From NCBI GenBank assembly GCA_047495785.1, contig JBLDXI010000029.1:248001-312000 (forward strand): 64,000 nt of DNA. The letters run 5' to 3'. How positions within the stretch are numbered: the first letter of the stretch is position 1; the number at the start of each line of letters is the position of its first letter. This DNA comes from Lepidodermella squamata. Lineage: Eukaryota; Animalia; Gastrotricha. This document shows, piece after piece, positions 1 to 10,561 of the stretch. Below the pieces are notes generated by a model, which saw only the letters and a list, made by a program, of their open reading frames with translations, was not told where the DNA came from and made no database searches. The translations under genes and the position numbers were made by a program.

Positions 1-396
1 ACGGCTCGTGAACCCATCTTTCATTCGAAAATCTAGAACAGCATTTCTATGATGCATTCTCGGTTTCCAAATTTTCGATTCATCTACGAAGAATGTTAAA
101 CCCCGGTCAGGGCGGAAGTTTTCACACGTTGCTACCCAATGGACAGATAATGCCGCAGATATTGTGAGTGTTTCTTCCGCATCATCCATATCGTGGAATC
201 TTAGAGGTGTCAAATCAATCGTGATATTCGTAAAATTGCTATCGATGAACGACGGGCCTTCGACGCACGTTGGCGAGTAGACATATGGTCTTATGCTGGA
301 ACAATTCCTAACCAACTCTTTGTCCAAATCTAACGCCATGCAATTCTGAGACGTGATGAGTGGGTGCAATATAGCAAAGGTCAGAAAGGGCTTCAT
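1..396 (-). CDS. Cys-loop ligand-gated ion channel / AChBP-like extracellular domain, 5' part (runs off window)
   Basis: Not in the ORF track because it has no stop inside the window. Open from ATG 396 to base 1: MKPFLTFAILHPLITSQNCMA (signal-like)...IRPYVY...NITIDLTPLRFHDMDDAEETLTISAALSVHW...SKIWKPRMHHRN. This fits the Cys-loop ligand-binding-domain pattern (RP; D..E.lt....l...W; IWxP...N). Confidence 0.65.
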   Translation of the reverse strand, partial: MKPFLTFAILHPLITSQNCMALDLDKELVRNCSSIRPYVYSPTCVEGPSFIDSNFTNITIDLTPLRFHDMDDAEETLTISAALSVHWVATCENFRPDRGLTFFVDESKIWKPRMHHRNAVLDFRMKDGFTSR

Positions 397-1050
397 GTCG
401 TTTAGATGTTATCAACGTTGGGATAATACGAGACCTTCAAAAATAATGTTTCAGGAAAGCAAATTTCAAGGAATATTATAAGGAGGACATTCATCGACAT
501 GCCCACCACTTTGGCCCCTGGATCGTTGTCCCACTGCATATTTATTGAAGTTGTTTATTTTATTGAGCGAGTTACATGTTCTATTTTAGCATTACCATGC
601 TAGAGAAGACAATTAAATATATTCATTTGTCCTCCTATCTTCTATTAATAACATTAATAAATAACAAGTCTAGACGAAAAGCACATTTGTCTTCCCCCTA
701 GTAATGCTTCTTTAATGTCCATGAGTCCAAAAAGACTGCGACAAACATGATGACCATGAAACAGGACAATTTGGAATCGATAAAGATAGATTTGATGGTG
801 TTCACTGTCAACATTATTTACTCCTACGCGAGGCGAATTCTCATCGTCTCAGACAAATTATACCAAAATCTGGAAAGCAGAAGAGAAATGATTCTTTGCA
901 TTCACCTTCAAAACTTAGTGATGCATTGCTGAATAAAAAACAATATTCGTGACATTGAAACGGTAATAGATTATGGAAAGTGTTGCTACTGTAAAATATT
1001 TCATTCGGCTATGTACGATTGATTACAATTGATAATCATCTATAGCAGAG

Positions 1051-2668
1051 TTAGTTTCCGCAAATACTAGGGAAATTCCCAGCGCATCCCGTTTTATCGG
1101 CGCCACGATCTATCAGCATTTGCGCTGTGCTAATCTGACCATAACGAACTGCATACAGCAACGCAGTCCAACCGTTGTTCGGGTTCTTAGCATCGATATT
1201 CGATCCGCGATCCAGCAGGAGCATAGCAATCTCGGTGTTGCCTTTATAACTCGCTGTCATCAGGGGTGTCATGCCCTGGCCATCGGAAGTGTCTGGTTGC
1301 GCGCCTTTATCAAGCAGTAGCCGCACTGATTCGAGCCATTTAGTGCCATTTGACACGCCGGATGCAAGGTGAAGGGGGGTGAAGTCACCGGTTGGAGTTC
1401 GCGACTGAACGCCCACTTGAGCATCGAGTAAGTATCGAATTGTGACGTAATGACCATCAACACAAGCCTGCCACAATTCCTGATATTCAAATTATGAATC
1501 TCTAAGAGAATTGACTAGAAAGGTAACTAACACCGGCGTTGATTCTACCACTATCTGGTGGAACCGCTATGGTTCCGCAAGACTGCTCGTCTGATGAATC
1601 GCCGCAATCGTCGGCTTCGTCGCATTGCCGGCTGTAAGCGATACAAAGGCCAGACTTCGGACTTCCATCTGGGCATGTGAACGATTGACACCCAGGCGTT
1701 GTGTTAACAGCTTGCGTTGTAGCAACTGTGGTGGTCCTGGTAGTTGTGGGAATAACAGCTGGACGGGTAAAAGTAAATCGAACAGTCGATCGAGTTGAAC
1801 TGCTAACAACATCTTGAAAAGGGGCTTTAACGTAGAAATTCAACCCGAAGTGCTGAACTTACTAACTACAGCTTGGCGTTGGCACAAGCCAGCCTGAGTC
1901 CAAGTCCCATCGCTGCGGCAGAAAACGTTCGGCTGCCCGACTAATTGAAAGCCGTCATTACAAGTAATCGCCCTAGTCAATCCGTTTGTTCCGGCCACTT
2001 CAGCGCTGGCTCCATTCGAGATTGTTGGCAGGGTCTGGCACGCTAGACAACAATTAAAATTATGTTCTTCCCGTGCGTTGACCAGTGAGAGGTTAACAGC
2101 AATGAGTGCGAAACTCTTGGCAACGAGCCAAAAAGTATATTTCCAACGCTCCACGTTCACATTATTCAATTATCCGACAGATGATGGGGAATACATAATA
2201 ATTAATGTAATTATTCTTGGGAATGATAATCTTACTCGATGTTCGACTGCAGGTCCCAGGCTGGGTCCACTGGCCAGTCGATTGAACGCAGGTGATTCTA
2301 GGCAGTCCACTCAGCCTTGCCCCAGGGTTGCACTTCAAATCCCTGGTAACACCCCACCCGTTGTCTGTGCCTTCGAAATAGCCATTGGCGACAAAAGGCG
2401 GCGGTCCACACCCGCCCTCGACTTTTAGCTCGCAGGTGCCAGGCTGGGTCCAGCGGCCATTGCAGCAGAAAATCGCATTGACGCCTTTGATCTGATAGCC
2501 AGTGCGACATTGAACCAGCCGGAGGACCCCAGTGTTGACTGGGCCCATGTAATAGTCGCCATTCGTAAGCTGAGGCAGCGCCCCGCAGTTATATAGCCCA
2601 TCGCTAGTTGTCTGTGCCTCTACAACGGCGATGTTCAGCGATATGATAATAGCAGCAAGCAACAACAT
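1051..2668 (-). CDS. Gene A: secreted 3xCCP(sushi) - Thr-rich linker - LDLa - ankyrin-repeat protein
   Basis: Hand-spliced exons 2668-2236, 2043-1863, 1812-1532, 1479-1051 with GT-AG junctions. Signal peptide MLLLAAIIISLNIAVVEA; CCP motifs C..P...NG...C..Gy.l.G.....C...G.WTQPG.C; LDLa CIAYSRQCDEADDCGDSSDEQSC; ANK motifs TPLH/TPLM/TALL; ends DKTGCAGNFPSICGN. Confidence 0.85.
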
Positions 2669-3232
2669 TCTTCCAGAAAATTAAAGACTTCTGTTCCCTT
2701 TGAGCTAATATCATTCAGCTTTTATCAATAGGATGGGCCACAAAGAGGCATAAAGTGGCACTTCAATAGGTAGACGTATTGTAACATTTTTTTATCCTTT
2801 TCAGACCCTAATTCGGATTACTCAAGCTTTCAACCTATCTTAGCCTTCAACCCAATTAAAATATTGCAAAAAATGGAAAGGAGATCAAAAGAAATATTTA
2901 CTCATACGGCAAATTTGGGTTTTTGGAGTCGTTATTCCGAAGATCGCAGCTGTTGTATCCATCAACACCGCGTGCTTTTCAAAGTTAGCTGGGCAGCGAT
3001 TTTCAGCAGGACTCTTGAGAAATTATTATTGAATGCAAATCAAGGTTAAATTGCTAGGGGCTATGAAGATGGTGCTTCAACTGAGTCAGCACTCATGGCG
3101 CGTGGACCAAAAATGGCGCATAGCTCGACCGTTTTCCAAAGCTCAGGTTTTTATTAATCTCAAAAACAGTTGGTTTCGAGATAATACAAAGGTGATTCGA
3201 ATTCCACTTTGAATTATATACACGTGAAAGTG

Positions 3233-6200
3233 ATGAAATCGGTTCTCCGAGCGATCACTGTCGCCATGTTAATAGCTCTCGTCACCTGCGCAGATTTATC
3301 ACCGTAAGTACCGTAAATTGGGGCAAAATGGCCGCGGGAAAAAAATTACCCCCTGATTTTTTCGCATTTTTACACGTTTCAGAGGGTCCTGATTCCGATT
3401 TTATAGGAAGCTCATTTTGCCCCAGGTTTGGGGCAAATTGGACAGGTGTTTTGGGGCTAATTGGCCACCCTTATCCTTATAATGGGTTTTTAATATTTAG
3501 TGATTGTGAGGGTTGAATGGTCGAGTGGTTGTGATGCGTCCATCAGAACTTGAGTGATCTGATGAGCGACGGTTCGAATCCTCATAAAGTAGCATTTTTT
3601 TGCTCCGCATTTAATTTTTTTAATTTTTTTGTTTTAATTGTCCATTTTGATAATTTTTAATTAGTTTCTCCGTTTTTTCTGAGAGTTTTATTGCTGAGCA
3701 ACTTTTAAACGTCTTCCGAACAAAAAAATGTCCGGCATACGTGATGTTAGTGGAATAATTAAAATGGATAATTAATAACAAAATTAAAAAAATTAAATGC
3801 GGAGCAAAAAATGCTACTTTATGAGGATTCGAACCGTCGTTCATCAGATCACTCAAGTTCTGATGGACGCATCACAACCACTCGACCATTCAACCCTCAC
3901 AATCACTAAATATTAAAAACCCATTATAAGGATAAGGGTGGCCAATTAGCCCCCATCATTGAGTTTTCCATTGGGTAATTTGGCCACAATCACCTAGCCA
4001 TACCTGTGCATCGCCTGGGGTCGCGGTTTTTTTTGCTGTCATCTTCGACGAAAATGGTCGAAGGAAAAAAATTCATCTGAACATCAAACCTCGTGATTGG
4101 CTCCAGGTAATTCAATTTAGAGGGGTCATTTTTACCTCCCTAAACTCACCTCTGTGCAACAACATGCTGTGACCTCATTTCGGGACATACGTGGCTGAAA
4201 ATTTGCAGGCTTGTAGGAGGCTTGTTGATAATCGTCCCCGTAAAGTTTTGTGAAGTTTTACCTTGTAGTTTTTGAGCTATCGATAAAAATGTGAAAACCT
4301 CAATTTTTGGCCAATTAGCCCCAAAGGTTCATTTTGCCCCAAATGACGGTAGGATACGTTATTGAATTATTGTTTGCAGTTTATTTTTCTTCATTTTTGT
4401 TACTTCAACTTTGACTTTGAAAATATCTGGTTAATTACCTCGATCTCTTGCCTCAAATGCTGTTGCCAGTAAACAGTAAACCTGAAATCTGAACATAACA
4501 CTGAATATAGGTGTTATCTAATTTCTAACTAATTATAAAATCACAGAAAATTGGAAGTATTTTATTAGTGGACACTGAAACCTATTGAACCGTCGACAGT
4601 AGGTTTACTATCAAGAGGCTGTCTACTATCCATACTATCTGAGCTTCTTATATACTCAACAGCTGAAGAGATGATGTCGAAATTCATTTCATTTTCTGGC
4701 TAAAAATATCAATTTTTACTCTCTCATCTCAGTAATCCAAATTATGACCGGCGTCATTCTCTTCGCGGCTCTTCCGACTCCGAGAGATCTTTCATCTCGC
4801 AATCCGCCGCCGAAGGACAACAGCTGAGCGACGAAGCTGATCTGATTGCGACTGAATCAAAAATTATTTCAAAAAGAGCCTATGAAAAGGTGAAGTTATT
4901 AATGTTTTAATCGGCAAATTTAAAATAAGAAGTTTCTTAGGCTGAATACATGCGTTGTCTCGATGAAGATGGTTCCATTTACTGCGCCCCGGTGGAAAGT
5001 GGATGCACCAAAGGCATTCAAGCTGCGCCTGTGAACTTCTTGTTTCCGAACGAAGCCGATTGTTTGGCCGCGAAAAAGCGTTTCTTCACTGTGAAGGCTG
5101 ATAAGCCTCTGACTTGGTTCGAAGCTAACGCCCTTTGCAGTTCAAAATCTGGCCACCTGGCGACCATCAAGACTCCAGCTGAGCAAGCCGCGCTCAGAAA
5201 GCTTCTCGAAGACGAATCTATCGCCAATGCTTGGGTTGGACTTCGGAAAAATGCCAACAACCGATTAGCCTGGATCGACGGTACGCCCCTTGAAGCCTTC
5301 GACATGCAATGGGGACCTCCTGAGCCGACTGGTGAGGGCGATTGCGGCAATTACATACTCTTCAAAGCTGAGGACGAATACACTGCTGGCGCCTACCTGA
5401 ACGATGACGATTGCCTGGTCCCGGCGCCTGCGGGAGTTTGCGAGACTTTCAGCCATTTTACTGATAAGAAGTCATCCGAGGTAAGATACTTATCTGACTT
5501 CCTGCTACACGTGTTTGTAGCTTGATATGGGGAAATAAGATCGAATTGTCTCTAGTATCTAGTATGATATCACTAGTATCGCATAAATCAGTAATTCTTT
5601 TTGAGAGCTCTTCGTCTGATTTTTAGAGAGGCTATTCGCGGTGTGTGGCTTTCCTCAACACAGGCGAGGTGACGTGCCGTCTGGCCTCTGAGGGTTGCCT
5701 GGCCACCGAGCTGGAATTGCCCTCTGAAACTGTCTTCTTAACACGACTCGCTTGCGAAAATACTCAGAAGCGCATGTTTGTCATCGAACTGCCCAAGGCC
5801 ATGGCTTGGCACGAAGCGAACAGCATGTGCTCTAGACAAGCAGCCCAGCTCGCTACGATCAAATCAGAAGCAGACCACGCGGCATTGCGTGAGCTGCTAC
5901 CGGCTGAGGCGAACCACTGGTATTGGATCGGCATGACAATGGACGCGTCAAGGAAGTTCGCTTGGGTCGACGGTACGCCTCTGCGAGCATTTGCAAAGCA
6001 GTGGGGCCCGGATGAGCCGAATGGAGATGGGGAATGCGGCAACTATTACCCGTTCCCGGCTGGTTATCATCTAAACGATGCTCCTTGCTCCGTCGACGGC
6101 CACTATGCTGTTTGTGAAACTTTCGAACCTGTAAGTTGTTTCCTCGAAGCCCGCGTTATTTATTTATATGTTTCTAACCCTAGAAACCGCATGTTTCGAT

Positions 6201-6969
6201 TGATCTGAACAAGGAATTGGCACAGGCCTGCATGGACGGCGAAGTGGCGAAGGTGCGACAACTCGTAGCCGATATCGACTCTGCGACGCGAGGCAAATTC
6301 GACCCGAACATGCGATATCGGCGCAAAATCTCAGCTTGCGAATGGGAAGTGAAAAACGGAACGTTGTTGCACCTGGTTACTCAGTGCGGTAACAAGCCGG
6401 AGGATCGGTTCGAAATCGTCCGCCTGCTGGTCGATCGAGGCGCGCATGTCAGTTACGATGAAAACATGTTCGCTCACATGCCTTTGCACTTGGCGGCGGG
6501 AAACGGGCTTTTGAAGGTTGTTCGACTGTTGATCGTGAAAGGAGCGGCAATCGACTGCAAAACGACTGACCTTCGGACTCCGCTGATGTTTGCTGCCGAA
6601 AAGGGACACTTCGAAGTCGTGAAATTGCTGCTCGATCGCGGTGCTGATATTGATAGCCGGAGCGACAAGGCGCTTACAGCTCTTTTGCCAGCGGTGGCCA
6701 ACGGCCACGCAGAAGTTGCAAAGCTACTTCTGAATCGCGGCGCAGACCCCAATGTTGCTAGCACCAGTTCAGGGAAAACGCCGCTAGACTGGGCTGTTGA
6801 GCAGAAGCAAAAAGATTTAGTCGCACTGCTTAAAACCAACGGCGGAAAATGTAAGAAAAATGCGTGCCAAGGTGCAATGGAAGCTCCGAATTCCTGTTTT
6901 AATTTGTCAATTTCACCTTCTCTTACTGATTCTGAATCATTCATTCAACCTTCAACGCAACAGTTGTAA
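3233..6969 (+). CDS. Gene B: secreted prepro - 2xC-type lectin - ankyrin-repeat protein
   Basis: Exons 3233-3303 (MKSVLRAITVAMLIALVTCA, phase 2), 4733-4889 (pro-region ...IISKR/AYEK), 4941-5480 (CTL, WVGL, EPT), 5627-6130 (CTL, WIGM, EPN), 6184-6969 (ANK). AATAAA near 7018. The 3' end after CKKNAC is less certain. Confidence 0.85.
3311..4349. mobile_element. Non-autonomous DNA transposon (TA-flanked, CCGT termini, Tc1/mariner-pogo-like) in intron 1 of gene B
   Basis: TA|CCGTAAATTGGGGCAAAATG ... CATTTTGCCCCAAATGACGG|TA: 20-bp TIR with 2 mismatches and TA on both sides. Subterminal GGGGCAAA/TTTTGCCCC and GGGGCTAATTGGCCA repeats. No transposase ORF. Confidence 0.8.
3453..3953. repeat. ~175-bp near-perfect inverted repeat inside the transposon; each arm carries a tRNA-like Pol III unit
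   Basis: Arms ~3453-3627 and ~3780-3953 are reverse complements. A-box TGGTCGAGTGG at 3518-3528, B-box GGTTCGAATCC at 3571-3581, oligo-T at 3595-3601. Confidence 0.9.
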
Positions 6970-7767
6970 ACATGTTTTCGGCTATAGCATATGCTGTAAA
7001 ATATATGAAGAAATTGCAATAAAACCTGAATTTTAGTGACAAGTTCGGTTCACAATCAGATAGCGTCTGGAAGGTTCGGCAAGCTTATACGGCAAGTTTC
7101 AAGTGAGACTGAATTTTTCTTGAGTATCGCAGAAGACCAACCGCAGCACCGAGCATTTACAGGAGCAAGGAATAGGAATCAATAAGAATCAGGAATGAAA
7201 GGCGCAAAACATCTGCTGAAGGTTTGCTGATGTATGAATAAAAAATGCTGCAAGTGGGGTCAAAATGACTTTGATTTGATTCAAGCTTCAAGCCTTAGTT
7301 CCGAGGTTTTTTTTACTTAATTACACCCTGAATTGAACAAAAATCAATCGCAACTTGCGACATGACGGTAAATTGTGTATAGGTATCCAATGATTCCTGA
7401 TCCAAGATCCAACTTTATCAGTACCATTTTCCTGAGTACCTAAGGCAAAGGATGCGTCAAACGCTCCACACAATCTGGAAAAAGTCATGTACTTTTGAAA
7501 AATGACGACATTTTAATGAAAAGGCCGCGCCGCTTGGTTTTAACCTGAATCAGGCACATCCTGGCTGATTCAATAACACATGTTCGCTCCTCATCTAAAT
7601 ATTTCGTAAGCCAGCCGTCTCAGAGATGCAACATGTTGATATGAAATATTTTTCTACATTCTAGATCGATCATTAAAGTGTGACAAGTGACAATTAAGTG
7701 GCTTCTATAGGCTTTCAAGCTTATTACTGCTGTGTAACCTGTAACCATATTTCGCCCACGAAGTAAA

Positions 7768-9754
7768 ATGATTAGGCTTGCAGTATTACTAACCTTTGCT
7801 GCGTTTTGTTCCACTTCAACTGGGCATAACTCTCCAAACAGAAATTTGTGAGTGCTCAACTGTTTCAGTCGCAACATGCAATCCTAATTAAGCTTTTCAT
7901 AATGATGTAAATTTGAAAATTTCTCGTTTGACAGGTATCGAAAATATGGCGAAGATATTCCCGGGCCACGCTTCGATTCAGCACGCTTCGGGGTCAATCG
8001 ATTTTCATCTAAAATTACAACTGAAATGTTGATTGGTGCTGGAAAACCAAGATTGTCTCGGATGAACAGCGGGCAAATTTCTCCTCGGGAGGCAGAGGCT
8101 AATACACCGCGGAAGATGAAACGCCGTGATGTTAGTGCAGACGAATTTGTATCCGCTGCTGGTGAACAGGTAAGGTTCTTGTCCTCGTAATGGCTTTTAA
8201 CTACGCTGATTCATGCGCAACAAAATCAGGTTTCTATAGCAACAAAATTATATATGCTTTGATAACCTTGCATAACACTGCATTCTATCTCATAGGTGGC
8301 GTACCAGCGATGCGTTGCATCCAATGGGAATGTTTTCTGTCATCCAGAGGCTGCCGATTGCGGCGATCTTTCAAGTGCTCTCCCCGGATCTTACCCTAGC
8401 AAACAGGCGTGCCTCACAGCTAAAAAGCGGTTCTTCGTTATTCGGCAAACGCCTGACTTGCGTCTGAATTGGGAAATAGCTGACGCTCTTTGCATGATCG
8501 AATCTGGAGTTTTGGCCTCTATCGTGACGCCTGAAGAACAGGCTGAACTTCGAAAACTTCTCGCCGCTGAGTCAATCATTTCCGCTTGGGTCGGTTTCTC
8601 GAAGGACGCGACGCAGAACTTCCGCTGGGGCGATGGTACGGCGTATGAGCCCTTCGTCGATCAGTGGGGCCCAAATGAGCCGAACGGCGCTGGTAATTGC
8701 GGCTCTTACAGCATATTCCCGGCTAGGGGCGACAAGCCGATGGGTCTCTACCTCAATGACGTTGATTGCAATGCAGCTATCGGAGCGGCAGTGTGCCAGA
8801 CTTATATATTGGAACCGAGACCTACACCGAAAATGGTAATCACATAAGCTGCCCTATTTAAGAGAAGTTTCTATGAAACTCGTATCAAACTTGAAATTTG
8901 ATTGACAAGGGTCTTATCGATTCTTAACAGTATTCTTATCATCTTTAGGTCGAAGCCCAAATCGTTAATCAGCCCATCGATGAAGTTGCTGCCAGCGGGG
9001 ACAAGGTACAATTAAAGTACATGGACAATTTACCTTTCAGCATTCATCAATTAAGCTTAATAAGCTGTTAATGAAAAACAACTGTTTTACGTTTCAGGCC
9101 GCAGACACTGCAGTTAATCAGCGTCTCGGTGAAGCTGTGGTCAGTGGTAATGTTGAAGAAGTTCGACGTCTCTTAGCCTCTCCGGATGTCGACGTAAAAT
9201 GGCGCGACAACCGCACTCTTGACAACGGAGCAGTGGTCGGTGGAACGGCGCTGCACAGAGCCGTGGCCAACTCAGCCCCGGTCGAAATCGTGAAGGCTCT
9301 CATTGAGGCAGGCTTCGATGTCAACGACGAAGAGCCAGCCAACGGTTGCATGCCCTTGCACTTGTCTGCTTCTCAGAAGACGAACGAAACAATGCTTTTA
9401 CTAATCAAATCAGGCGCAGTAGTCGACGCTGTTTGTCGAGGAAACGAAAAGACAGCGCTCATCTTGGCGGTACGTGCTGGTAGGCTGGATATGGTGAGGG
9501 CTCTTCTTAACCGTGGCGCAGAAATCGACAAGGCTACGACTACCAAAGGCTATTCAGCATTGCACTATGCGGCGAAGGAAGGCACTCTAAGCGTTGTCAA
9601 GGAGCTAGTTCGCCGCGGAGCTAACATCAACTTGAGGTCGAAGAAAAACAAGACACCACTAATGATGGCGGTTAAATATGGCCACCGATCAATTGCAACC
9701 TACCTCGTCAGCCGTGGTGCAGATGAAACGGGCTGTACGGACGATGCATGTTGA
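7768..9754 (+). CDS. Gene C: secreted prepro - C-type lectin - ankyrin-repeat protein
   Basis: Exons 7768-7847 (MIRLAVLLTFAAFCSTSTG, phase 2), 7935-8169 (pro-region ...RKMKRR/DVS), 8296-8835 (CTL, EPN), ~8949-9005 (linker), 9098-9754 (ANK, ends DETGCTDDAC*). Confidence 0.85.
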
Positions 9755-10561
9755 TTTTTCGGCATACTTCTCGTTCTTTCATCAATCGTTGATTCTTTAA
9801 TGCATTTCCGGAAGTAAAATTCAAGTCCTGTTTTATTTTGTTTATGAAAGGAGAATATAAAATTTGATTGATCAGACGCACAATTTATTTTGGCCAGGAA
9901 GGAGGAAAGTTGCTTCGATATTCGGTAGCTGAAATCTGCAAAAAGTATCATTGTAATCAAATATGGTGAACATGGCGTCATTATTCCGGCAGCTGCGACC
10001 CTTGTTAATGACTATTTACTTGGAGGTTTCGCTGATCTACCACAGCTTAGCAATCATCACCTATTTCAGGACAAATCAGGACATCAGGACACTCTTAATA
10101 TTTTTCTTGACAAAACTGGCTACAATCAAACAAGATGTGTTTAGATTTATATCTCAATTTTGTTTGGCCTACGCTAAAATATTTTGATGCGATAATGTTG
10201 ATTCGATTCGAATTGGGCGGTTTGAATTATATGAACCGGCACCTGAGTGTTGCTCACCCACTCTCTTACTCTCATCGCCACAGGTACAGTTCAATCAGGG
10301 GCCGAAGTCAGTTAAGATTGTATTCCCAACTGAATGAATACAATTCTGAATGAGATTTCGCGCTTCCCACATCTGTCGCCCAAAATAGAATTATTAGGTC
10401 AGGGGGCGGCGTAATCACACGCGACATATCGCGTGGTTGATGAATGGTACAGAGTGAAGCTTAAATTATTATTTTTTAGCAGCATTTGATGTCATTTAAC
10501 TAGAATAAACTCAACCTCAATTATATACTCTTAATAGGAAGGCTTTGACTCGCTAGAAGAA

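Noticed and set aside
3505-3601. Functional tRNA gene
   Set aside because: A and B boxes are present, but there is no acceptor stem or 7-nt anticodon loop. Treated as a tRNA-like unit.
7195-7230. ATG AAA GGC (MKGAKHLLK) as first exon of gene C
   Set aside because: It is not hydrophobic and the splice phase does not fit. The ATG at 7768 gives a proper signal peptide and a phase-2 junction.
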